From Thermodesulfobacteriota bacterium (GTDB lineage Bacteria > Desulfobacterota > Binatia > Bin18), in assembly GCA_964291405.2 (NCBI GenBank), contig OZ219926.1:608001-672000 (forward strand): a stretch of DNA of 64,000 nt, read 5' to 3'. The stretch's first letter is position 1, and each line of letters starts with the position of its first letter. Under the pieces are notes generated by a model that had not been told where the DNA came from, did not search any database, and saw only the letters and a list, made by a program, of their open reading frames with translations. The position numbers and the translations under genes were made by a program. Of the stretch, positions 52,242 through 61,413 are shown piece after piece.

Positions 52242-52810
52242 AACGATTCTCGGATCACATCGGCAATAGTCGTGTGTCCATCCCGAACAACCGCGCGCAC
52301 CATCTTCTCGGCTTGCGCCTGTCGATAGCCCAGATTCACCAGAGCAGAGGTCGCTTCGGTCGAGAGTGGACTGGGCGTTGCCGTCGGAGTTCCATTCTGT
52401 ACTTCACTTGCGCCAACTTTCTCCTGGAGTTCGACAACCAAACGTTCCGCCGTCTTTTTTCCAACGCCTGGAGTCGCAACCAAGCGTGTTACATCACGCG
52501 TATGCAGCGCATTCTCCAGCTCATCAACCGGAATACCCGACAGAATATTTAAGGCCAGGCGCGGGCCGATGCCGCTCACGCCGCGAAGCAGCAGAAAATA
52601 CGACTTCTCCTTTTCTTCCAGAAAGCCGAATAGCTGGAGGGCATCTTCTCGTGCATGGGTATGGATGAGCAAGCTGACCGGCTCCCCGACTCCCGGCAGA
52701 TGATAGAAGGTTTGCAACGACACCAATACCTGATAGCCGACTCCACCAACGTCGACAATGAGCTGCTCAGGGGTCTTTTCGTGAAGCACTCCGTGGAGGC
52801 GCGCAATCAT
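52223..52810 (-). CDS. ruvA: Holliday junction DNA-binding protein RuvA
   Basis: VGGVGY, REDA..LFGF, two HhH motifs ([12 protein letters not shown]), ALVNLGY. Confidence 0.97.
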   Translation of the reverse strand: MIARLHGVLHEKTPEQLIVDVGGVGYQVLVSLQTFYHLPGVGEPVSLLIHTHAREDALQLFGFLEEKEKSYFLLLRGVSGIGPRLALNILSGIPVDELENALHTRDVTRLVATPGVGKKTAERLVVELQEKVGASEVQNGTPTATPSPLSTEATSALVNLGYRQAQAEKMVRAVVRDGHTTIADVIRESLWRLST

Positions 52811-52831
52811 AGAAGTTGCCGTGCGAGCGTG

Positions 52832-53476
52832 TTAATCGTGCTTTTTCTGGTCTGCGGCGAGCATCTGGGCTACCGTCTGTTCCGTAAAGACATCGCGTAG
52901 AGAGCGGGCCTTCCTGCCCCCAGCACGCCGCGGCTGAGCGCCAACTTGGTGGAGCAGATCGGGCAGGCGGGCAGCGCTACAGTGACAAATGGCTGCCGCC
53001 AGCGCATCCGTCGCATCCTGGCTTGACGGAAAGACCCCCGCCTTTCCGTCTGGATGGTGCAGTTGGGAAAAGACCGCTTTTTGGACCTGCATTTTCCCTG
53101 CCCGGCCATATCCGGTCACCGCCGTCTTAATTTCCGTTGGATTATACTCGGCAATCCGTAGACCGGCTTGGGCCGCGGCTAGGAGCACGACGCCCCGCGC
53201 CTCGCCGAGGCGTAGAGCGCTCTGGACGTTATGTGCCACAAAGGCTTTTTCAAGACTCAAGGCATGAGGAGCCCAGCGGTCAATCACCGTCACAAGCTCT
53301 TCGTAGATGAGACGCAGGCGTTCAGGCAGGGAGCGGAAGCCTTTGACAGAGACGACATCTCCGGCACAAAAGGTCAACGTCCGGCGCGTCTTCTCAATGA
53401 CACCCCATCCGGTCCGTAGCGTGCCAGGGTCTATCCCCAACACGCGCAGTGGAGTCTGAGCGTTGCGAGCGTTGAT
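52832..53476 (-). CDS. ruvC: Crossover junction endodeoxyribonuclease RuvC
   Basis: LGIDPG, LGEARG, DATDALAAA; start uncertain (ATC 53476 behind SD, or GTG 53443). Confidence 0.94.
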   Translation of the reverse strand: MNARNAQTPLRVLGIDPGTLRTGWGVIEKTRRTLTFCAGDVVSVKGFRSLPERLRLIYEELVTVIDRWAPHALSLEKAFVAHNVQSALRLGEARGVVLLAAAQAGLRIAEYNPTEIKTAVTGYGRAGKMQVQKAVFSQLHHPDGKAGVFPSSQDATDALAAAICHCSAARLPDLLHQVGAQPRRAGGRKARSLRDVFTEQTVAQMLAADQKKHD

Positions 53477-53490
53477 GGTCTTTCCCTCCC

Positions 53491-54243
53491 TTAGGCCGCA
53501 CTGAGTCGTTCCATCTCCTCTTCAGCAATTTCTACATTCGCGGAAACGGTTTGGACATCGTCAAGCTCCTGGAGGGCATCGAGCAGACGTAGGGTTTGTT
53601 CGGCTTCCTTGCCGGAGAGGCTGACCGTGTTTTGGGGCACCATCGTCGCCTCAACGGACATCGTCCCAATATTGGCATTTTCGAGCGCCTGCCGCACGTC
53701 TTCGAGGGCATCGGGAGCTGTCACAATCTCAAACATATCATCGCCCGTTGTGACATCTTCCGCCCCGGCGTCAAGGGCAATCTCCATGAGTTGATCTTCC
53801 TCAGCCTGGTCTTTTTCTATGGTAATAATGCCCTTGTGGGTGAACATCCACGCAACGGAGTTAGGCTGGCCTAAGCTCCCACCACTTTTGGTGAACAGAT
53901 GACGCACTTCGGAAACTGTCCGATTTTTATTGTCCGTCAGCGTCTGCAGCATAATGGCCGCTCCGCCTGGCGCATGCCCCTCGTAGGTCACCTCTTCATA
54001 GCTGACGCCCTCAAGCTCTCCAGCGCCTTTTTTCACCGCCCGGTCTATAGTATCGCCTGGCATACTGGCCGCCTTTGCCGCGGCTATGGCCGTGCGTAGG
54101 CGTGGATTTGCGGACGGATCGCTCCCGCCCATCCGGGCCGCAATCGAGAGGTCTTTAATCAATTTTGTGAACATCTTGCCCCGACGGGCATCCTTGACTG
54201 CCTTCTTATGCTTAATGGTGCTCCATTTGGAATGGCCGGACAT
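53491..54243 (-). CDS. yebC: YebC/PmpR family protein
   Basis: MSGHSKWSTIKHKK, TDNKNRT, DDVQ; canonical yebC-ruvCAB order. Confidence 0.96.
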   Translation of the reverse strand: MSGHSKWSTIKHKKAVKDARRGKMFTKLIKDLSIAARMGGSDPSANPRLRTAIAAAKAASMPGDTIDRAVKKGAGELEGVSYEEVTYEGHAPGGAAIMLQTLTDNKNRTVSEVRHLFTKSGGSLGQPNSVAWMFTHKGIITIEKDQAEEDQLMEIALDAGAEDVTTGDDMFEIVTAPDALEDVRQALENANIGTMSVEATMVPQNTVSLSGKEAEQTLRLLDALQELDDVQTVSANVEIAEEEMERLSAA

Positions 54244-54395
54244 GACCGTCTCCTCCCGGCGTAAGACTTGCGGTCATGGGTAACATACTTCTAGGGGAGA
54301 GTAAACGCACGAGCGCCCTGTTGGGACATCTGTTCCGATACAGTAAAGTCCTGCAATAACTGGGTTTTCGGCTTCTCCCACGCTAGCCGGACTCC

Positions 54396-54965
54396 ATGAG
54401 GGGAGTGGCCGGGGACGAAAAAACACGATACATCCGAGCCTCGCGGAGACTTACTCCCCTTGGGGAAAGGACATTCCGAGTGCGACTCATTACCATTCTT
54501 GCTCATACCGGGGTTGTCACCGGACTCGCAGGCTTGTTCTTTGGCGGCCTCGCCTGGATGTATAATTCTCCGTTTGGAGCCGTCATGGTTCTCGGCAGTC
54601 TCGTCCTTCTTTTCGTCAGCGGCCTGTTGGGCTGGTATTACGGTTTTAGTCCAATGTGGCGACCGTCCGGGTGGGAAGAGCAGGTCACCCACGACGATCA
54701 TCATTATGTGGTGTCAACGCAGCGCTACCCGCCCTATCTCGTTCGCCAGGCGAAGAGGCAGGGCGGTATGCAGTTTGGAACGGCCGTGTATGCCATACAC
54801 GCAGCGGACCAGGAAGTGGCCGAGGAAGCACAGGCCGTATACGGACTGCAATGGCGGGAACACCAAGAGGCACAAGAAGGGCATCAGTGGGTTGTGCACA
54901 TCTTGCGACAGGGCCGCCTGTCCGAACTGGAAGGGTTTCGGCCAGTGTCAGAGGACATGATCTAA
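54396..54965 (+). CDS. Hypothetical membrane protein (two TM helices)
   Basis: Longest ORF filling the yebC/deacylase gap; two hydrophobic stretches; start could be GTG 54405. Confidence 0.6.
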   Translation: MRGVAGDEKTRYIRASRRLTPLGERTFRVRLITILAHTGVVTGLAGLFFGGLAWMYNSPFGAVMVLGSLVLLFVSGLLGWYYGFSPMWRPSGWEEQVTHDDHHYVVSTQRYPPYLVRQAKRQGGMQFGTAVYAIHAADQEVAEEAQAVYGLQWREHQEAQEGHQWVVHILRQGRLSELEGFRPVSEDMI

Positions 54966-54992
54966 AGACACCCTGGTTCTACACTTTCGTTT

Positions 54993-56483
54993 TCAAACGC
55001 CGGCATCATGCTGCCGGAGGAGGCGTCCGTTGCAGGTCCCGCGGTGGCGTCCCTGCTCTATGGTGACTGTCCCGTTCACAATAACCGAGTGAATGCCGGA
55101 AGGATGACGGCGCGGCTCTTGATAGGTCCCAACATCGGCAACCGTCTGGGGATCAAAGATGACAAGGTCAGCATAGGAACCGTCACAAATGAGGCCACGG
55201 TCTCGAAGACGGAATTTTTGTGCGGGTAAGCCAGTCATCCGATGAACCGCCTCTTCTAGGGTCAGCAGCCGTGCGTCCCGGACGTATTTCCCCAGGACAC
55301 GGGCAAACGTGCCGTACAGACGAGGGTGCGGCTTACCCGCAACAGACGGAATACCATCGGAGCCGATCATGGTTGTGGGATGCGCTAGTACGCGACGGAC
55401 ATCTGCCTCATCCATCCCAAAAATAACAGCGACCGTACTTTCTCCTTCTCCGGCAATAAGCTCGGCCACAGTTTGCTGGAGGGACTTCCCAGTCAGTTGG
55501 TAAATGTCTTCTAAGGTCTTGCCTTCATACTCATGCTTGACGGGCGTTGAGGCAATCAAGACATCGCTCGGAGCAGCGCGTTCAATCACACCACCCTGGA
55601 CAAGCGCCGCCAGCGTAGTACTGCCTGCGGTATACGGATAGGCGTCAGAGGAAATATCGAGACCGCGCGCCCGCGCCTGTTCAACCAGGGCCAGAGAGTC
55701 CCGCACTTTGCCCCAATTCTTTCGGCCCATAGCTTTGTGATGGGAGATTTGGACCCCCGCGCCTGACTCTTCACCAATGCGGATCGTTTCCTGAATGGAG
55801 TCGAGCAGGTGATCAGCTTCATCGCGCATATGCGTCGCATAGACACCATTGTATTCGGCCACGACTTTTGCCAAGGCAATCACTTCTTCTGTCTGAGCAT
55901 AACGGCCGGGCGCGTAGAATAGTCCGGTTGACATGCCAGCCGCCCCGGCTTCCATCCCTTCTTGGACAAGGGCCTGCATGCGCTCGATATCCTGAGCGGC
56001 AGGCTCCCGCTCTTCACCAGATAGCACTCCGTACCGAACGGCGGCGTGAGGGATGAGACAGGCCACATTTACGGCGGCTGGTCGGGATTCGAGCGCGTGA
56101 TAAAACTCAGCCGTTGTCTCCCACGAAAAGTCGCCCATCGGACCGAACAAGAGCGGCCCAAAGCTCAGTAAGAAGTTGCGATAGGCATCATTTGCCGGGG
56201 CCGCCCCAAAGCCGCAGTTGCCTATGACCTCAGTCGTGACACCCTGCAGAATCTTGAAATCGCATAGCGGACGATCAAGCAGAGCAAAGTCATCGTGGGA
56301 GTGGACATCGATAAAACCAGGGGCAACCACATGGTCCGTTGCGTCAATCGCCTGGCCCGCATCACCACTCAGGCTGCCAACAGCGGCGATCCGATCGCCC
56401 TGGACCCCTATGTCTGCCTGCATGCCGGGTTGCCCAGTACCATCGATAATCGTTCCGTTCCGAATCACGATGTCGTAGTGCAT
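54993..56483 (-). CDS. N-acyl-D-amino-acid deacylase (amidohydrolase superfamily)
   Basis: PGFIDVHSH, GNCG, THMRDE, SHHK, GSDG, HPRLYGTF. Confidence 0.9.
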   Translation of the reverse strand: MHYDIVIRNGTIIDGTGQPGMQADIGVQGDRIAAVGSLSGDAGQAIDATDHVVAPGFIDVHSHDDFALLDRPLCDFKILQGVTTEVIGNCGFGAAPANDAYRNFLLSFGPLLFGPMGDFSWETTAEFYHALESRPAAVNVACLIPHAAVRYGVLSGEEREPAAQDIERMQALVQEGMEAGAAGMSTGLFYAPGRYAQTEEVIALAKVVAEYNGVYATHMRDEADHLLDSIQETIRIGEESGAGVQISHHKAMGRKNWGKVRDSLALVEQARARGLDISSDAYPYTAGSTTLAALVQGGVIERAAPSDVLIASTPVKHEYEGKTLEDIYQLTGKSLQQTVAELIAGEGESTVAVIFGMDEADVRRVLAHPTTMIGSDGIPSVAGKPHPRLYGTFARVLGKYVRDARLLTLEEAVHRMTGLPAQKFRLRDRGLICDGSYADLVIFDPQTVADVGTYQEPRRHPSGIHSVIVNGTVTIEQGRHRGTCNGRLLRQHDAGV

Positions 56484-56498
56484 GCGCGACCTCTACAC

Positions 56499-56915
56499 TT
56501 ATGCCAGGACCGGTCGGAACTTCAGCACCGCTATGTCCTCGGACCAGTCTTCAAAAACACTTTCAACCGGCATCCCAATCGCCACCTGCTCAGGGTCACA
56601 CTCGATAATATTACTCATTAGCTGCGGACCTTCCTCCAGGGCGACAAGCGCCACGACGTAGGGCACATCCTCGGCGAACGCTTTGGTCACCGGACGATAG
56701 ACAACGGTAAACGATAGGATCGTTCCACGGCCGGACGCCCGCACCCACTCGACTTGCTCGCTCATGCAGGCCGTGCAATAGAGACGCGGGTAGAACTGGT
56801 AGTGGCCACAGACGCTACACTGCTGGATGTGCAATTCATGATTCCGACAGCCCTCCCAGAACGGTTGCGTTTCGCCAGTCGGAGCGGGTAGGGCTTTTTC
56901 TAGTGGCGTTGTCAT
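56499..56915 (-). CDS. DUF35-type zinc-ribbon/OB-fold protein
   Basis: PFWEG, CSVC...CTAC, ASGRGT..SFTV, LEEGP.LM.N; TAATG overlap with the thiolase gene. Confidence 0.9.
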   Translation of the reverse strand: MTTPLEKALPAPTGETQPFWEGCRNHELHIQQCSVCGHYQFYPRLYCTACMSEQVEWVRASGRGTILSFTVVYRPVTKAFAEDVPYVVALVALEEGPQLMSNIIECDPEQVAIGMPVESVFEDWSEDIAVLKFRPVLA

Positions 56916-58084
56916 TACACGGCCTCCTTTCCAAGAATCATGGAGCAGTGAGTGGACATGATCCCCCCCTGCGCGTGGACAAAGGCAATGTTGGCATCTT
57001 TGACCTGACGCGGTCCGCATGTGCCGCGCAGTTGGAAGACCGCTTCCGTTACCGAAAACATCGAGCCGGGATGCCCAGGGTGACAGTGCGACATCAGCCC
57101 GCCATGCGTATTCACCGGGAGCTCACCCCCTAACTCAATCCGGCCGCCCTCAACAAAACGCCCCCCTTCCCCCTTGGGACAAAAGCCCAAATCTTCCAGC
57201 TCAATGACCACGACCGGGGTAAAGCAGTCGTACAGCTCAGCCACATCAATATCTTTGGGCCCCAGCCCGGCCATGGCATAGGCACGTTCACCAGCCTCTT
57301 TTGCCGCCGAGGTAGTGAGGTTGCGGGCTTGACTGATGTGTTCGTGCGAATGCCCCTCCCCGACCCCCAGCATATAGACGGGAGGATGAGGGAAATCCTT
57401 GGCCCGTTCGGCTGAGGTAAGAAGCAGAGCCGCTCCACCGTCGGACACCAGCGAGCAGTCCAGAAGGTGTAAGGGCGAGGCAATCATCTTTGAGTTGATA
57501 ACATCGTCAACCGTAATCGGGTCGCGCATCTGCGCGGCCGGATTCATCGAGGCGTGTCTCCGACAGGCTACCGCCACCGCGGCCAATTGCTCGCTGGTGG
57601 TTCCATAGGCGTGCATATGCGCCTGGGCAATCAGCGCATAAAACGCCGGGATGGGAGGCCCGTAGGGTCGTTCAAACTGGGCGTGCCCGGCCGTTGACAT
57701 GGCTTCAATCGCCCGGTCCCGGGAGAGGCCAGACAGCATATTGTCCGCCATAGTAACGAGTACTGTGTGGCATATGCCACTGGCAATAGCCGCGGCGGCG
57801 TGATGCAAAATCGCCAGGGTCGTTCCACCTCCCGTGGCAACGTTGAGACAGTAGCGCGGGAAGATCTGCATATACTCGGCGATCATTTCCGCGTGATACA
57901 TATACGGCTCAACAAACGAATTGCAGGTGATCAACCCATCGACCTCATCCTTTGTGATGCCCGCGTCTTCCAGCGCAGACTTGGCTGCCTTGACGTAGAG
58001 TTGAGTGGCACTCAGATGCGGGACGACACCAACCTCAGTATCGGCTACCCCCACAATGGCGACTTTTCCTCGGAGCGATTCCAT
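56915..58084 (-). CDS. Thiolase-family (SCP-x/Ltp-like) protein lacking the nucleophilic Cys
   Basis: AIVG, NPAAQ, DCSLVSDG, ELYDCF, PVNTHGGL; ATG 58084 behind GGAGG. Confidence 0.88.
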   Translation of the reverse strand: MESLRGKVAIVGVADTEVGVVPHLSATQLYVKAAKSALEDAGITKDEVDGLITCNSFVEPYMYHAEMIAEYMQIFPRYCLNVATGGGTTLAILHHAAAAIASGICHTVLVTMADNMLSGLSRDRAIEAMSTAGHAQFERPYGPPIPAFYALIAQAHMHAYGTTSEQLAAVAVACRRHASMNPAAQMRDPITVDDVINSKMIASPLHLLDCSLVSDGGAALLLTSAERAKDFPHPPVYMLGVGEGHSHEHISQARNLTTSAAKEAGERAYAMAGLGPKDIDVAELYDCFTPVVVIELEDLGFCPKGEGGRFVEGGRIELGGELPVNTHGGLMSHCHPGHPGSMFSVTEAVFQLRGTCGPRQVKDANIAFVHAQGGIMSTHCSMILGKEAV

Positions 58085-58186
58085 AGCTCTCCTCCGCATG
58101 CATCTGTTTTCATCGTTCTCTTTACTTGGCATTATCTCGACCCGCAAACAAGGTACTGGGCAGGCTGCTGGGCCGGCACGCCATGT

Positions 58187-58912
58187 TTACAAATCAGGCA
58201 GGGGTTCAACCAGATCAATCCCAGGCGGCAACTCGAACTTGAAGAGATCGTCCCCCAGCGCCGTTTCCCGTTCGATATTCGTAAAGGATACCCGCGTGGT
58301 ATTGCCCAGCGGGTCAGTAATCAGAGCTTGGAGGATGTCGAACGTCTCTTTACTCACTTCAATGTCCAACAGACCGATGGCCTCAGCCGCCCGCCTGGGC
58401 GTGAGACGGAGTTGATACACGCGGCTGGTCTCCCCTTGAGGCAGGACGGAGAAATCTTCCTCCAGGCGGCCGACTCCGGTAAGAAACGATACCGGCGTCT
58501 GCGAGCTGAAAGCATGTTGAAAAGGCGTCTTCACCACTTGTCGCTCTGAGGGTTGATACAGCCAGAGTGCGCTTCCATCGGCGATCAGAAGCTGCTGCGG
58601 TTCCATAAATTCCCAACGCATCCGGCCCGGTTTCTTAAAGAACACCTGCCCACGAGACCTGAGCGTCTGTCCCAGTGTGGCCGAGGTGACCTCCTGGATA
58701 AAGTCGGCTCGGAAACCATCGGTTTCGTCGTAACGTGCTTGGAGACGGGCCACAATCGTTTCCCGCGCAGGTGTCTCGTTCGGCACTTTCGTGCCGGCAG
58801 ATCGACCCTGGAAATCCTCAGCTGGAGGAGCGGCAAAGAGAGGACCTTCAGGCAAGACGAGCAGGAGGAATAGCAGGCTGATCCTAAAAAAACGCAGAGG
58901 CCATCTTCGCAC
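58187..58912 (-). CDS. lolA: Outer-membrane lipoprotein carrier LolA
   Basis: ADFIQ, KKPGRMRWE..P..Q..IADG..LW.Y, FKFELPPG; follows ftsK; start uncertain. Confidence 0.88.
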   Translation of the reverse strand: MRRWPLRFFRISLLFLLLVLPEGPLFAAPPAEDFQGRSAGTKVPNETPARETIVARLQARYDETDGFRADFIQEVTSATLGQTLRSRGQVFFKKPGRMRWEFMEPQQLLIADGSALWLYQPSERQVVKTPFQHAFSSQTPVSFLTGVGRLEEDFSVLPQGETSRVYQLRLTPRRAAEAIGLLDIEVSKETFDILQALITDPLGNTTRVSFTNIERETALGDDLFKFELPPGIDLVEPLPDL

Positions 58913-58937
58913 AGTGTAAGAATAAAACACGGCCGAC

Positions 58938-61397
58938 CTACTCAGCCTCAGCCTGGACCTGCACCAGGACCTCACGCGGTTTCCCGGCTTCACCGGCAGG
59001 CGCGATGAGACCTTCGCGCTCCATCCGTTCGATCATGCGCGCAGCCCGGTTATAGCCAACGCGCAAGCGACGTTGCAGCCAGGAGATAGAGGCCTGGCGA
59101 CTTTCCATCACCAGGTCACGCGCCTGCTCATACATTTCATCGTAATCCTCTTCTTCGTGCGGACCGGCCCCCTTCTGCGTTCGCGCCGATTCGAGCGCAA
59201 CGACCAACTCCTCGTCGAAAACCGGCTTGCCTTGCTTCTTAATCGCCACGGCGAACTTTCTGATCTCGGGTTCTGAGACAAAGGCACCATGGATACGTTG
59301 GGGTTTGGCGCTGCCCGGCGGAAGGAACAGCATATCGCCATCGCCCAGCAGACGCTCGGCACCAACGGCGTCCAGGATCGTCCGGGAGTCGATACGAGAG
59401 GAGACCTGAAAGGAAACACGGGCGGGAAAGTTGGCTTTAATCAACCCCGTAATCACATCAACCGACGGTCGCTGGGTTGCCAGAATCAGATGAATCCCGG
59501 CCGCTCGCCCCATCTGGGCCAACCGAGTAATCGGCTCCTCGATTTCCCGACCGACCGTCAGCATCAGATCGGCGAGTTCATCTACCAGGACAATCAAATA
59601 GGGTAAGCGTTGATGGTTGAGTTCAAGTCGGGCCTTGGACTGCAGTTGCGCGGCAGTCAGCTCGTCCTCATCGTCGTGAACGACCTCTGTCAGCTTGATA
59701 ATGCCGCTGGTGTCCGTTTCCCCGGTTTCGAGGACGCGGTTATAGGCCCCGATATTCCGCACACCTTTATCCTTGAGCAGCTTATAGCGGTATTCCATTC
59801 GCCGCACGACTTCCTGAAGGGCAACACCGGCCTCCTTGGGGTTGGTAATGACATGCGACAGCTGGTGCGGCAGACCCTCATATAAGGAGAGTTCCAGCAT
59901 TTTCGGATCAATCATAATAAAGCGCACGTCACGCGGCGTCGCCCGGGCCAGAATACTCATAATCATCACATTGAGTGATACCGACTTACCGGTCCCGGTT
60001 GCCCCCGCCACCAGCAGGTGGGGCATCCGCGCCAGGTCTGTCACTACGGGATTGCCAACCGTATCCTTACCTAAGGCCAGGGCCAGGGGCGACTCGGTCT
60101 GGTGACAGGCACCGCTGTCCAGAATCTCACGCAGACACACCTTCTCGCGCTTGGAATTAGAGACCTCAATCCCTACGACGGCTTTGCCCGGAATAGGGGC
60201 CAGGATGCGGACAGACACAGTACGTAAGGCCATTTGCAGATCATCTGCTAATGACACGACGCGATTGACCTTGACACCCGGCGCCGGTTCAAACTCATAG
60301 GTCGTAATGACCGGGCCGGGCCGCACGGCGACCACGCTGCCGGAAACACCAAAATCACTCAGCTTGTTTTCCAATATCTGAGAGCTGGCGTGCAGTGCTT
60401 CTTCATCGACCTTGACCGCTAAACGGACGGGCGGATCAAGCAGGGCCAGGGTGGGTAAGGCATACGGTCTATTGTCCGCGCCACCGGTCGGGCTTGGAGG
60501 ATGCGCTGGAGGGGCAGGCTTGTCCGCATCCGTCGCTGCGGGTGGCCGACTAATAATAATAGGCGGCTTACTCTCCTCCGATTCATCAAGAGCGGCTGGC
60601 TGCTCGGATTCAGGTGCCGGTTGGCGCATTTTCTTCTTTGGTTGCGGATTGGGCGGCGGCTCTTTTTTGAGCGTATAGACTTCGGCGGCCTCCTCTTCAC
60701 AGAAAAGCGGTTCGGATGGAGGGGCTTGTCGCTCTGTCCGCCGGGCCGTCCAACGCGTTACGAGCCGTTCGAGCCAACCTGATATCTGACCCAAAACCTG
60801 GCCGGAGAGAGCTCGCAGTCGGGACCAACCGAATCGCCCTATTACGCAACCGACTGCAACCAGCCCACTCCCCAGTTTCACCAGTGAGAGCTGCGTTGCA
60901 CCCATAAACGAGACCAGCAAGACGGGAAACAAGAGCAAGTAGGCACCGACAAGATTCCCGGCTTGGCGCAGATGGAGAGCCAAGAAGCTCCCGACCCAGC
61001 CTCCGGCTTGGAAGACCGGCCATCCATCGAACCAGAGAGCCAGAAAGGCTGAAGCCGCCAGGGTAAAGACAACAAACGAGATGCTCTGGACGAATGGGGC
61101 GGCGCACCGCAGCCAGTGAAAGCGGAGTGCCATAGCGTACAGCAAGATGACTGGAAATAGATACGCCGTCAGGCCGAGTGCTCGGCACAGAACGTGGGCA
61201 ATCAAATATCCGACCCGACCGACCTGATTACTGTCCGCAGCGTCAGGTTGATACGAAAAAAAGGCGAGTCCCAAAAAGATGATGAGCGTCACGCACAGAA
61301 CACCAATCCCCTCGCCCAGGGTGGAGCGTTCCTGAGAAACGGAGCGTTCCTGTTCGGCATCTTTGTCTTGCCGGCGTAAGTTTTTCCTGACTGCCAT
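58938..61397 (-). CDS. ftsK: DNA translocase FtsK
   Basis: N-terminal TM domain, Pro-rich linker, AGATGTGKS, DELADLM, ATQRPSVD, gamma domain SISWLQRRLRVGYNRA. Confidence 0.97.
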   Translation of the reverse strand: MAVRKNLRRQDKDAEQERSVSQERSTLGEGIGVLCVTLIIFLGLAFFSYQPDAADSNQVGRVGYLIAHVLCRALGLTAYLFPVILLYAMALRFHWLRCAAPFVQSISFVVFTLAASAFLALWFDGWPVFQAGGWVGSFLALHLRQAGNLVGAYLLLFPVLLVSFMGATQLSLVKLGSGLVAVGCVIGRFGWSRLRALSGQVLGQISGWLERLVTRWTARRTERQAPPSEPLFCEEEAAEVYTLKKEPPPNPQPKKKMRQPAPESEQPAALDESEESKPPIIISRPPAATDADKPAPPAHPPSPTGGADNRPYALPTLALLDPPVRLAVKVDEEALHASSQILENKLSDFGVSGSVVAVRPGPVITTYEFEPAPGVKVNRVVSLADDLQMALRTVSVRILAPIPGKAVVGIEVSNSKREKVCLREILDSGACHQTESPLALALGKDTVGNPVVTDLARMPHLLVAGATGTGKSVSLNVMIMSILARATPRDVRFIMIDPKMLELSLYEGLPHQLSHVITNPKEAGVALQEVVRRMEYRYKLLKDKGVRNIGAYNRVLETGETDTSGIIKLTEVVHDDEDELTAAQLQSKARLELNHQRLPYLIVLVDELADLMLTVGREIEEPITRLAQMGRAAGIHLILATQRPSVDVITGLIKANFPARVSFQVSSRIDSRTILDAVGAERLLGDGDMLFLPPGSAKPQRIHGAFVSEPEIRKFAVAIKKQGKPVFDEELVVALESARTQKGAGPHEEEDYDEMYEQARDLVMESRQASISWLQRRLRVGYNRAARMIERMEREGLIAPAGEAGKPREVLVQVQAEAE

Positions 61398-61413
61398 TCC
61401 ACCCTCCCCACAT

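Noticed and set aside
54291-55066. Alternative ORFs 54291..54704, 54460..54960, 54656..55066
   Set aside because: Overlap the more protein-like 54396..54965 ORF and have atypical composition
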